A stretch of 36,723 bases of DNA from Marmoricola sp. GTDB lineage: Bacteria; Actinomycetota; Actinomycetes; Propionibacteriales; Nocardioidaceae. The translations under genes were made by a program, and so were the position numbers. A model generated the notes under the pieces. The model saw nothing but the letters and a program-made list of their open reading frames with translations. It had not been told where the DNA came from and ran no database searches. Positions 1 to 8,837 of this stretch are shown here, piece after piece (within the stretch, counting starts at the first letter, position 1; each line of letters begins with the position of its first letter). The stretch is from assembly GCA_052040065.1 (NCBI GenBank), contig JBQGFI010000073.1, positions 1 to 36,723 of the forward strand. Direction: 5' to 3'.

Positions 1-87
1 GTCGACCTCGACGAGGGCACCCGCGACACCCTGGTGCGGCACATCGACGACGGCGGCGGCCGCGAGGACGTCGGCACGCTGCTGTGA
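1..87 (+). CDS. 3' end of an unidentified CDS (partial)
   Basis: Frame 1 is open with all-G/C third positions (VDLDEGTRDTLVRHIDDGGGREDVGTLL), ends at TGA 85-87 and converges on the peroxidase gene. Confidence 0.6.
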   Translation, partial: VDLDEGTRDTLVRHIDDGGGREDVGTLL

Positions 88-91
88 CGGC

Positions 92-1711
92 TCACCCCAC
101 CGGAGCAAGGGCCTTCTTGCTGCTGCCGTAGGTGAACTGCAGCAGGTCGGTCATCTCGAAGGTGCCGCGGCGGGGGCCGAGGGTCGGCGTCCAGTCGGCG
201 TTGCGCACGATGCTGTTGCGGCTGGCCTCGATGGCGCGGTGGAAGGTCTCGGCCACCAGCCGTCCGCCCACCCCACGCATCAGCCCGTCGGTGACCTCGG
301 CCTCGCGGAGCACGTAGAACCACAGCGGCGTCCGGGCGGCGACGGCGTCCTTCTCCGCGGAGGTCAGCCCGGTGAGCTTGGCGCCCCCCGACCCGTCGAG
401 GATCTGGCTGCGGGTGAGGGCCTTGGTGGTGAGGCCGGCGGCGCGGAAGTGCTCGACCATCTGCTGCCCGCTGGCCAGGCGCAGCAGGCTGCCGCGCGCC
501 AGGTTGCGGAAGGCCAGGTTGCGCTGCATCGGTGGGGTCGCGTCGTCGCCGTCGATGCCCTGCAGCGGGAGCAGTGCGAGCGGATCGGTGAGCCGGGTGT
601 CGATCCGCATCGCGAGGTTGGTCCCTCCCGGTGCCGCGAGGCCGGGCTTGCCGGCCGCCGGGAAGTCGTAGAGCCGGCGCCAGTCGACGATCCAGTTGCT
701 CGGCAGCGTCGTGGAGCCGAACATGTCGCCGCTGGTGCCGGAGAAGATGAAGAGGAACTCCAGCGTGCCCCCGTCGATCGGGAACTCCTTGTTCCAGTTG
801 TAGGCCCGCCGGATCATGCTGTGCCCCATGCGGAAGGCCGCCGCGGAGAACTCCACCGGCATCGTCGGCAGGTCCATCGGCGAGGCCTCGGCCTCGAAGA
901 CCTTGCGCCCCTCCTCCCAGACGTCGTCGAGGATGCGCGGGACGACGATGCGCGGCAGGTAGTCGTGGCGCAGCAGCCACTGGTAGTGCAGCGTCACCGC
1001 GCGACGGGCGCGGGAGAAGCGGCGGCTCGCGGCGACGCTCGCGGGCACCTTGTCGACGACCTTGTTGTGGAAGTTCACGAAGGCCAGGTGGGTCTGGGCG
1101 ACCGCGAGGTTCTCGTCGTTGCGGTGGTCGGGGATCAGCGCCTTGCGGGCCTCGGCGTCGGTGCCGACGCCGACCCGGGGGAGGTCGCGCGCGTCGTGGG
1201 GAGGCAGCGAGCCGAAGGCCGAGGTCCGCCCCACCTTCAGCCGCACGCCGTCGGGGTCGAAGAACTGCTCCGAGTCGGGGTGCTGCGGGCCGAGCCCGTA
1301 GAGGCAGTCCAGGTCGAGCCGGGGGGAGCGGCCGCTGAGGATCGTGAGCGGGTCCTGCTCCCCACCCGGCGCGAGCGCGCTCCGGTCGAGGGTGAGGTCG
1401 TGGTCGACGAACTGCCCGAGGTAGGTGTAGCCGGCGGGGACACCCTCGCGACCCGGGCCGCCGCCCTCGTCGATCATCGCGCGGGCCAGCTTGCGCGCCA
1501 GGGCCAGCCGGAGGCGACGTCCCTTCGGCCCGACCCGCGAGAAGCGGAACTCCGGCGCCTCGCCCGCGGCGAGCCGCCTCGCCTGCGGCGCCGCCAGCGA
1601 CCCGTCGGTCGCGTCGAGCGGGTCCGGATCGTGACCGCTGCGCCCGCCGAGCTGGGTGGTGACCACACCCTCGCCCTCGATGTGGAACGTCTCAGAGCCG
1701 TGGTGCACCAT
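92..1711 (-). CDS. Heme peroxidase, peroxidase-cyclooxygenase (animal heme peroxidase-like) superfamily, 539 aa
   Basis: Motifs YTYLGQFVDHDLT (distal His region), DHRNDENLAVAQTH and PVEFSAAAFRMGHSMIR (proximal His). Start placed at ATG 1711 (MVHHGSE) behind a purine-rich GGGGAGAAGGGG. The longer ORF-track N-terminus overlaps the amidohydrolase gene. Confidence 0.85.
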   Translation of the reverse strand: MVHHGSETFHIEGEGVVTTQLGGRSGHDPDPLDATDGSLAAPQARRLAAGEAPEFRFSRVGPKGRRLRLALARKLARAMIDEGGGPGREGVPAGYTYLGQFVDHDLTLDRSALAPGGEQDPLTILSGRSPRLDLDCLYGLGPQHPDSEQFFDPDGVRLKVGRTSAFGSLPPHDARDLPRVGVGTDAEARKALIPDHRNDENLAVAQTHLAFVNFHNKVVDKVPASVAASRRFSRARRAVTLHYQWLLRHDYLPRIVVPRILDDVWEEGRKVFEAEASPMDLPTMPVEFSAAAFRMGHSMIRRAYNWNKEFPIDGGTLEFLFIFSGTSGDMFGSTTLPSNWIVDWRRLYDFPAAGKPGLAAPGGTNLAMRIDTRLTDPLALLPLQGIDGDDATPPMQRNLAFRNLARGSLLRLASGQQMVEHFRAAGLTTKALTRSQILDGSGGAKLTGLTSAEKDAVAARTPLWFYVLREAEVTDGLMRGVGGRLVAETFHRAIEASRNSIVRNADWTPTLGPRRGTFEMTDLLQFTYGSSKKALAPVG

Positions 1712-1785
1712 GGCGGACCCCCTTCTCCCCGCCTCTCGGTCTACTCCTGGGAGTCGGCCGGCCGCCAGGGGCAAAACGGGCGCGT

Positions 1786-3402
1786 TCAGTGCACGCGCGT
1801 GCCGCCGACCCAGGTGCCGACCGTCGTCGCGGCGCCGATGTCGGCGACGTCGCCGGCGAAGGGGTCGCGGTCGAGCAGCACCAGGTCGGCCTGCTTGCCC
1901 GGCTCGACCGTGCCCGCCACCTCGTCGCGACCGTCGACCCACGCCGAGCCCGAGGTGTACACCGCGAAGGCCGTCTCCAGGTCGAGCGCCTGCTCGGGCA
2001 GGAAGGGCTCCGAGCCCGCCGGACCCGCCTCGCCGTGGGCCCACCGGTTGACCGCGACGTGGATCGCCTGCAGCGGGTCGGGTGTCGAGACCGGCCAGTC
2101 GGAGCCCGCCACGAGCGGCGCCCCCGCGCGGTGCAGCGCGCCGAAGGGGTACTGCCAGGTCGCCCGCTCCTCCCCGAGGAAGGGGATCGTCAGGTCGAGC
2201 ATCTGGTCGTCGAGACACGCCCAGACGGCCTGCATGTTGGCGGCGACGCCGAGCTCGGCGAAGCGGGGCACGTCGTCGGGGTGCACCACCTGCAGGTGCG
2301 CCACGTGGTGCCGCAGGTCGCTCGTCGAGCCGATCCCCGCGAAGGCGTCGAGCGCCTCGCGGACACCGCGGTCGCCGATGGCGTGGACGTGCACCTGGAA
2401 TCCCTCGGCCGCGAGCAGCGGCACCACGCGGCGCAGGGTGGCGGCGTCGACGAAGGAGAGGCCGGCGTTGGTCGTGGCGTGGCCGCAGCGGTCGAGGTAC
2501 GGCGCGGTCATCGCGGCCGTGAAGTTCTCGGCGACGCCGTCCTGCATGATCTTCACGCTGGTCGCCCGGAAGCGTCCGGTCGTGAAGGCCTCGCGGCGCT
2601 CGACCAGCGAGGGGATCTGCTGCTCGTCGCGGTCGCGCTCCCACCACAGCGCCCCGACGACGTGGGCGGTCAGGTCGCCGCGGCGCGCGGCGCGCACGTA
2701 CGCCGGACCGCAGTCGTCCATGCCGGCGTACTCGCCGATGATCGCGTCCTGCCAGCCGACCACCCCGAGCGAGTGCAGGTAGGCCTGCCCGGCCAGCAGC
2801 GCGGCGTCGTACTCCTGCTCGCTGGTGACGGGAAGCAGTCGCCCGACGAGCTCCATCGCGCCCTCGTGCAGCGTGCCGGAGGGACGCCCGTGCGCGTCGC
2901 GCTCGATGCGGCCGTGCTCCGGGTCGGGGGTGTCGGCGCCGACGCCGGCGAGCTCGAGCGCGCGGCTGTTGACCCAGGCGCCGTGGTGGTCGCGGTTGGG
3001 CAGGAAGACCGGCCGGTCGGGGCAGACGCGGTCGAGGTCGGCGGCGGTCGGCGTGCCGCCGGGGAAGGCCGCCATCGCCCAGCCGCCGCCGAGCACCCAG
3101 GGCCGCTCGGGGTGCGCCTCGGCGTACGCCGCGACGGCTGCGAGGTAGTCCTCGCGGGTGCCGAGCTCGGAGAGGTCGCAGCGGGTGCGCTCCAGCCCGC
3201 CCTGCACGGCGTGCACGTGGGCGTCGGTGAAGCCGGGGCTCAGCAGCCCGCCGTCGGCCTCGACCACCTCGGCGCCGCGCGGCACCGGTGCGCCGACGGC
3301 GCTGATGTGGTCGCCCTCGACCAGCACCGGGCCCACGTCGCCGCGGTAGCGCAGCCCGTCGAAGAGACGGGCACCGACGTACGCGATCTGCTGCTCAGCC
3401 AC
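1786..3402 (-). CDS. YtcJ-like metal-dependent amidohydrolase (amidohydrolase 3 family)
   Basis: PGFTDAHVH, VKIMQDG, HVHAIGD, RHHVAHLQ, AGSDWPV and GKQADLVLLDRD motifs; GTG start. Confidence 0.9.
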   Translation of the reverse strand: MAEQQIAYVGARLFDGLRYRGDVGPVLVEGDHISAVGAPVPRGAEVVEADGGLLSPGFTDAHVHAVQGGLERTRCDLSELGTREDYLAAVAAYAEAHPERPWVLGGGWAMAAFPGGTPTAADLDRVCPDRPVFLPNRDHHGAWVNSRALELAGVGADTPDPEHGRIERDAHGRPSGTLHEGAMELVGRLLPVTSEQEYDAALLAGQAYLHSLGVVGWQDAIIGEYAGMDDCGPAYVRAARRGDLTAHVVGALWWERDRDEQQIPSLVERREAFTTGRFRATSVKIMQDGVAENFTAAMTAPYLDRCGHATTNAGLSFVDAATLRRVVPLLAAEGFQVHVHAIGDRGVREALDAFAGIGSTSDLRHHVAHLQVVHPDDVPRFAELGVAANMQAVWACLDDQMLDLTIPFLGEERATWQYPFGALHRAGAPLVAGSDWPVSTPDPLQAIHVAVNRWAHGEAGPAGSEPFLPEQALDLETAFAVYTSGSAWVDGRDEVAGTVEPGKQADLVLLDRDPFAGDVADIGAATTVGTWVGGTRVH

Positions 3403-4591
3403 GGGCCGATGGTGCCACCTCGGGCGGGCGCGGCGCGGGGGGCAGCCAGCGCACCACGAGCGGGCCGAGCAGCACGGCCACCAGCCCGGCGACGAGCACC
3501 GGCGTGGCCACGTCGCCGGTCGGGGCGAGTGCGAAGCCGACGAAGGCCAGCACCTGGAGCACCTCGGAGAGCACGTTGGACGTCGAGATGACGGTGGCGC
3601 GGGCCCCGGCCTCGATGGAGTCCTGCAGCCGCACCTCGCTGACCACGACGGCCAGCTGCACCAGGCCGTAGCCCAGCGTGAGTGCCAACGCGGCGACGTA
3701 GGGGTCGTCGGCCAGGGCCGCCACCGCGACGAGCGCCCCGGCCAGCGACACCGCGGCGCCGACGTACGCCGGACGCCAGCGTCCGGCGCGGGTCGCGACC
3801 ACGGCGCCGACGATCTCGCCGAGGCTGGTCAGGGCGTAGAGCACCGGGATCAGCACCAGGGCCGCGCCCTGCTGCTCGAAGAGCAGGCCGAAGTACTCGT
3901 CGAGCACCTGCAGCGCCAGGATCGCCCCGCTCGCGAGCACGGCGCCGCGCACCAGCGCCGAGGTGCTCGCCTCGGCCAGGCCGGTGCGCAGCGCGTGGCG
4001 CCAGCGGTGCCAGACGCCGGGTCGTGGCGGGGCGAAGCCGGGCGCGCCCTCGAGGTCCTCGAGCTCCTCGACGTCGTCGGCCGAGACCGCCTTGGGGGCC
4101 GAGGGCAGCGAGAGCACCACGAGCAGCTGCACCCCGCAGACGCCCACGCTGGCCCAGCCCACGAGGTCGTAGCCACCGACGGCGAGCAGCGGGGTCGCGG
4201 CCACGCTCGCGAGCATCATCGCGGTGATCGCGAGCGCTCGACCGAGCCCGATGAGCCGGGCGTAGCGGTGCGGCGCGCCGAGGGCGGCCAGCTCGTCGTA
4301 GGCCAGCGCCAGGTAGGTGCCGGAGGTGAGCGCCCCCGAGAGCCCCCACAGCGCGAAGCCCGCCGCGAAGCCGGCGAACGACGGGAAGAGCACCCAGCAG
4401 GCGAAGCCCGCCGCGTAGGTCACCGCACCGAGGGCGAGCAGGAGCCGGCGCGAGACGGTGTCGGCCCAGGCGCCCGAGGGGACCTCGAGCACGATGCCGA
4501 CGACCGACCACAGCACGAAGAGCAGCGAGATGTCGGCGACCGAGAGCCCCGCGTCGGCGAAGAGCAGGGCGTAGACGGGGAAGATCGGCAT
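3395..4591 (-). CDS. MFS transporter (true N-terminus probably extends to 4657 or 4672; see findings)
   Basis: Many hydrophobic helices; MFS motif A-like EVPSGAWADTVSRR; acidic central loop. Confidence 0.85.
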   Translation of the reverse strand: MPIFPVYALLFADAGLSVADISLLFVLWSVVGIVLEVPSGAWADTVSRRLLLALGAVTYAAGFACWVLFPSFAGFAAGFALWGLSGALTSGTYLALAYDELAALGAPHRYARLIGLGRALAITAMMLASVAATPLLAVGGYDLVGWASVGVCGVQLLVVLSLPSAPKAVSADDVEELEDLEGAPGFAPPRPGVWHRWRHALRTGLAEASTSALVRGAVLASGAILALQVLDEYFGLLFEQQGAALVLIPVLYALTSLGEIVGAVVATRAGRWRPAYVGAAVSLAGALVAVAALADDPYVAALALTLGYGLVQLAVVVSEVRLQDSIEAGARATVISTSNVLSEVLQVLAFVGFALAPTGDVATPVLVAGLVAVLLGPLVVRWLPPAPRPPEVAPSARG

Positions 4592-4657
4592 GGCCTCGTC
4601 GAGCGCCTGCCACGCCAGCAGGCGCCACTCGAGGCGGCGGAGGTCGGTGGCGATGGG

Positions 4658-4672
4658 TCAAGGCTCGCGCAT
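4658..4672 (-). other. Leaderless 4-codon ORF (MREP-UGA) in frame with the MFS gene
   Basis: The minus strand reads ATG CGC GAG CCT TGA, then 22 in-frame sense codons to ATG 4591. It is preceded by TTGACC-N18-GACGGT-N6-ATG. Confidence 0.55.
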
Positions 4673-4715
4673 GTGCCGACCGTCGTACGGCGCGGACCCG
4701 CGGGTCAAGCGGATT

Positions 4716-5519
4716 TCAGCCGAGCGCGGCGCGCACCGCGCGGACGTCGTCGGGCCCCACGCGGCAGCAGCCGCCGACGCCGATCGCGCCCGCGGCGACC
4801 CACTGCGGCACGAGCGCGGGGTCGAAGGCGCCCGACCCGGTCCACCGCTTGTGGGTGGCGTCCCAGTCCTCGCCGCGGTTGGGGTAGACGACCCCGGGGG
4901 CCGACATCAGCGCCAGCGCCCCGAGCACGTCGCCGGGGGCCGAGCAGTTGACGCCGGGGACCACGTCGGTGGCCGCGACGGCGGCGTACGCCTCGGCGAG
5001 CGGCTGGCCGGCACGGGTGCGGTCGCCGGCGACGGCGTAGGAGAGCCACGCGGGGAGGTCGAGCTCACCCAGCAGGTCGAGCAGCACCAGCGCCTCGTCG
5101 AGGTCGGGCACCGTCTCGACGGCGAGCAGGTCGGGTCCGGCCGCGGCGAGCGCCTCCAGCCGCGGGGCGTGGACGTCGCGCAGCGCGGCGGGCGTCAGGC
5201 CGTAGCGGCCGCGGTACTCCGAGCCGTCGGCGAGCAGCGCGCCGTACGGTCCGAGCGAGGCGGCGACCAGACCGTCGGGGGCCACGCGGTCGCGCACCTC
5301 GCGCGCGATCCGCACGCCGTCGCCCAGCAGCTCGAGCGGCGCCTGGTAGGTGGCCGTGGTCGCCACGTCGGCCCCGGCGCGGAAGTAGCGCTCGTGCACC
5401 GCCGCCACCCGTCCCGGCTCGTCGCGCAGCACCCGCGCCGTCCACAGCGGGTCGGTGAGGTCGGCACCCTCGTCCTCGAGCGCGTTGGACATGCCACCGT
5501 CGAGGACGCGGACAGTCAT
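4716..5519 (-). CDS. mmuM: Homocysteine S-methyltransferase
   Basis: VLDGGM, SLGPYGALLADGSEYRG, LAVETVP, GVNC, YPNRGE and the Zn-binding GGCC motif. Its ATG overlaps the transketolase TGA (ATGA). Confidence 0.85.
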   Translation of the reverse strand: MTVRVLDGGMSNALEDEGADLTDPLWTARVLRDEPGRVAAVHERYFRAGADVATTATYQAPLELLGDGVRIAREVRDRVAPDGLVAASLGPYGALLADGSEYRGRYGLTPAALRDVHAPRLEALAAAGPDLLAVETVPDLDEALVLLDLLGELDLPAWLSYAVAGDRTRAGQPLAEAYAAVAATDVVPGVNCSAPGDVLGALALMSAPGVVYPNRGEDWDATHKRWTGSGAFDPALVPQWVAAGAIGVGGCCRVGPDDVRAVRAALG

Positions 5520-7549
5520 GAGCGCTGGCGCGACACCGTGCGCCGTACGGCGTCGACGACGGCAGCGAGGGTGATCCCGCGCTCCGCGAGCACCTGATCG
5601 CCCCTGCCGCTGGCACCGAACTGCTCCACGCTGACGGTCTCGCCGGCGAATCCGACGTAGCGGTGCCAGCCGGTGTCGGTCCCGGCCTCGACGCTCACCC
5701 GGGCGGTCACGGTGGGGGGCAGCACATCGTCACGGTAGTCCGCCGGTTCGGCGGCAAACCACTCCAGGCACGGGGCCGAGACGACGCGGACAGCGATCTC
5801 GCCGGCGAGCTGCTCACGGGCCGCGAGGGCGACCGCGACCTCGGAGCCCGTCGCGATCACGATTGCCTCCAGCGTCCCGTCGCTGTCCGCGACGACGTAC
5901 GCCCCTCGTGCGGCGCCTTCGTCGGCCCCGACGTGGGCGGTCACGACCGGTAGGCCCTGACGGCTCAGCACCAGCGCCGTCGGACCTTCCGGCCGTGTGA
6001 GCACGCGTCGCCAGACGTCGACGGTCTCGACGGAGTCGGCTGGGCGCGCCACGGCGAGCCCCGGGATGGCCCGGTGCGCCCACAGCTGCTCGACGGGCTG
6101 GTGGGTGGGTCCGTCCTCACCGACCGCGACGGAGTCGTGGCTCCAGACGTAGGTGACCGGCAGCTGCATCAGCGCCGCCAGGCGCACGGCGGGACGCATG
6201 TAGTCGGAGAAGACGAAGAAGGTGGCACCGAACGGTCGCGACCGGCCGTCGAGGGCGATGCCGTTGAGCACGCCGCCCATGGCGTGCTCGCGGATGCCGA
6301 AGTGCACCAGGGTCCCGTCCGGGCCTCCAGGCCACTGGTTGCTGCCGAGACCGGGGCGCACGAAGCTGCGCGCCCCCGCCAGCGCGACGCCGTTGGACTC
6401 CGCGAGGTCTGCCGACCCGCCCCACCACCACGGCAGGTGGGGCCACACGGCGTCGAGCACGGCGGCGCTGGCGATCCTGGTCGCGACCTCCTTCGGGCTG
6501 GCACGCAGCTCCTCGAGCGCGGCGAGCGCCTCGGGGGTCACGCGCTGGTCGCGGAGGAGGTCGTGGAGCCGAGCGCCTTCGGGGTGGGCCTCGCGCCAAT
6601 GCGCGACCTGCTGCTCCCACCCGGCCCGCAGCTCACTGCCCCGTCGCGAGACGTCCCGGGTGTGGTGGAGCAGCTCGTCGGGCATCGCGAAGTGGGCCTC
6701 GGGGTCGAGCCCCAGCAGCCGCTTGGTGGCCGCGACCTCGTCCGCCCCCGGAGCACCGGCGTGGGCACCGGCGGTCCCGCCGACGTGGGGCATCGGGTGG
6801 CCGATCCGGGTCCGCAGCCGCACGAGCACCGGGCGTCCCGTGACCTCGGCCGCGGCGGTGAGCACCCGGCGCACGAGGTCGGCGTCCTCGGCGTCGTCGA
6901 TCTCCAGTGTCTCCCAGCCGTAGGCGCGGAAGCGGGCGGCGACGTCCTCGGTGAAGGCGACGTCGGTGTCGCCCTCTATCGAGATGCCGTTGTCGTCCCA
7001 GATCACCACCAGGCCCTCCAGGGCCAGCGCGCCGGCGAGCGCGGCGGCCTCGTGGCTGACGCCCTCCTGCAAGTCGCCGTCGGAGGCCAGGCACCAGGTA
7101 CGGCGCCCGAAGAGGCTGTCGGCGAAGGGCGCCTCGGGCTGCAGCAGCGCGGCCGTGCGCCGCGCCGCCATCGCCAGCCCGACCGCGTTGGCGACGCCCT
7201 GGCCGAGCGGACCGGTCGTTGTCTCAACGCCGTCGGTGTGGCCCCACTCGGGATGGCCCGGGGTGAGCGAGCCCAGCGTGCGCATGGCGCGCAGGTCGTC
7301 CATCTCCAGGCCGTAGCCACTGAGGTAGAGCTGCACGTAGAGCGAGAGGCTGGTGTGCCCGGCCGAGAGCACGAACCTGTCGCGCCCCTCCCACTGCGGC
7401 GTCGCTGGGTCGTGCCGCAGCACCTCCTGGAAGAGCACGTACAGCACGGGTGTGAGACCCACGGCCGTTCCGCCGTGGCCCGAGCCCTTGGCCTGGACGA
7501 CGTCGAGGGGCAGCACTCGGGCGTGGCGGACAGCGTCGTGGTCGAGCAT
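5516..7549 (-). CDS. tkt: Transketolase (divergent, probably a secondary paralog)
   Basis: DRFVLSAGH, TPGHPE, ETTTGPLGQG, SDGDLQEG, DDNGISIEG, HFGIREHAM, FFVFSDYMRP and GEDGPTHQP motifs. Confidence 0.92.
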   Translation of the reverse strand: MLDHDAVRHARVLPLDVVQAKGSGHGGTAVGLTPVLYVLFQEVLRHDPATPQWEGRDRFVLSAGHTSLSLYVQLYLSGYGLEMDDLRAMRTLGSLTPGHPEWGHTDGVETTTGPLGQGVANAVGLAMAARRTAALLQPEAPFADSLFGRRTWCLASDGDLQEGVSHEAAALAGALALEGLVVIWDDNGISIEGDTDVAFTEDVAARFRAYGWETLEIDDAEDADLVRRVLTAAAEVTGRPVLVRLRTRIGHPMPHVGGTAGAHAGAPGADEVAATKRLLGLDPEAHFAMPDELLHHTRDVSRRGSELRAGWEQQVAHWREAHPEGARLHDLLRDQRVTPEALAALEELRASPKEVATRIASAAVLDAVWPHLPWWWGGSADLAESNGVALAGARSFVRPGLGSNQWPGGPDGTLVHFGIREHAMGGVLNGIALDGRSRPFGATFFVFSDYMRPAVRLAALMQLPVTYVWSHDSVAVGEDGPTHQPVEQLWAHRAIPGLAVARPADSVETVDVWRRVLTRPEGPTALVLSRQGLPVVTAHVGADEGAARGAYVVADSDGTLEAIVIATGSEVAVALAAREQLAGEIAVRVVSAPCLEWFAAEPADYRDDVLPPTVTARVSVEAGTDTGWHRYVGFAGETVSVEQFGASGRGDQVLAERGITLAAVVDAVRRTVSRQRS

Positions 7550-7592
7550 GGCGATTCCTTCTGCGTCGAGGACGTGGTGGTGAGCGGGCGGA

Positions 7593-8786
7593 TCACGAGG
7601 GACGAGCGACGAGCCGACCGACCTGCTCGGGGGCGAGGATGCTGTCGCCGATCAGGTGGGCCAGGCCGACCAGTCCTCCGCGGGGTTGGAGCGTGCTGGC
7701 GTCGATGCTCAACGAGGCCGTCGCCAGGGGGAGCGAGCGGCTGTAGACGCGCTCCCGGATGGCCGGCAGCACGTGGTCGCCACCTGCCGAGGTCAGCTGC
7801 CCCCCGAGCACGATGACCCGGGGGTTGACCAGGTTGACGTAGCCGGCCAGCGCGGTGCCGATCAGGCGCCCCGCGCGCCGCGCCATCTGGACCGCGGTCG
7901 GGTCAGCCGCGACGATCAGCCGCGTCACGTCGTCCACGGTCATGACGTCGCGACCCAGCTGCTGCAGGTCGCGCAGCAGCGCCCAACCGCCGGCGTACGC
8001 CTCGAGGCAGCCGGTGTTGCCGCACTTGCACAGGGGTGCGCGAGCGCCGGGCTCGCGGTCGGGGTCGTCGAGTGGGACGTGGCCGATATCGCCCGCGGCG
8101 CCGTCGGCACCGCGGAAGAGCCGGCCGTCCTGGACCAGGCCGCTGCCGATGCCCGTGCCGATCTTGACGAAGAGCAGCTCGTCGATCTCGGGGTACGCCA
8201 GCCGGGCCTCCCCGTAGGCCATGGCGTTGGCGTCCTTCTCGAGGAAGATCGGGCAGGAGAAGCGGCGGCCGAACCACTCGAGCACGTCGAAGCGGTTCCA
8301 CCTCGGCATGATCGGCGGGTTGACCGCCATGCCGGATCCGAGCTTCACGGGGGCGGGCAGGGTGAGTCCGACGCCGAGGATCTGGTCGGCGTCGGTGCCG
8401 GTCTTCGCGAGCAGGTCCTCGAAGGCGGTGAGCACCAGGCCCAGGTGGTGCTCGGGACCTTCGGCGAGAGCGGACGGCAGCTCGGTCTCGGCCTCGACCT
8501 TGCCGGCCAGGTCGCACAGGCCAGCGCGGAACTTGGTGACGCCCACGTCGGCCGCGAGCAGCTTGCCCCGCGTCCAGTTGAACGAGAAGACCTCGGCCGG
8601 CCTGCCCTGGCGGCGGTCGTCGGTGAGGTCTCCGACGACGAGCTGTCCGGCGAGCAGGGCATCGATGCGCTGGTTGACCGCACTGCGGGACAGCCCGGTC
8701 TCGGCCACGATGCCGGCGCGGGTCATGCCGCCCTTGCGGCGCAGCAGCGCCAGCGTGTCGCTGATGCCCTCTTCGAAGGTGGCCAT
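7593..8786 (-). CDS. ROK-family transcriptional repressor
   Basis: N-terminal HTH (TRAGIVAETGLSRSAV, GRP); KDANAMAYGE, KIGTGIGSG, AGDIGH and the Zn motif CKCGNTGCLEA. Confidence 0.92.
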   Translation of the reverse strand: MATFEEGISDTLALLRRKGGMTRAGIVAETGLSRSAVNQRIDALLAGQLVVGDLTDDRRQGRPAEVFSFNWTRGKLLAADVGVTKFRAGLCDLAGKVEAETELPSALAEGPEHHLGLVLTAFEDLLAKTGTDADQILGVGLTLPAPVKLGSGMAVNPPIMPRWNRFDVLEWFGRRFSCPIFLEKDANAMAYGEARLAYPEIDELLFVKIGTGIGSGLVQDGRLFRGADGAAGDIGHVPLDDPDREPGARAPLCKCGNTGCLEAYAGGWALLRDLQQLGRDVMTVDDVTRLIVAADPTAVQMARRAGRLIGTALAGYVNLVNPRVIVLGGQLTSAGGDHVLPAIRERVYSRSLPLATASLSIDASTLQPRGGLVGLAHLIGDSILAPEQVGRLVARPS

Positions 8787-8837
8787 GGGCCCTTCCGATC
8801 GGGGAGTCCAGGGTCGACTCCGGATTCCAACAGATGC

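Noticed and set aside
1712-2647. N-terminal extension giving an 851-aa peroxidase
   Set aside because: It is an Arg/Pro/Gly-rich off-frame reading of the amidohydrolase gene; the real start is ATG 1711.
4623-4660. Selenocysteine decoding of the MFS UGA
   Set aside because: The position is an N-terminal tail with no redox motif, the hairpin has a large C-rich loop unlike an fdhF-type SECIS, and no sel genes are in the window. General readthrough is kept as a hypothesis.
4657-4663. prfB-like +1 frameshift site (CCT TGA C resembles CTT TGA C)
   Set aside because: The downstream coding frame is the same frame, so a +1 shift would leave the MFS frame; there is also no internal SD.
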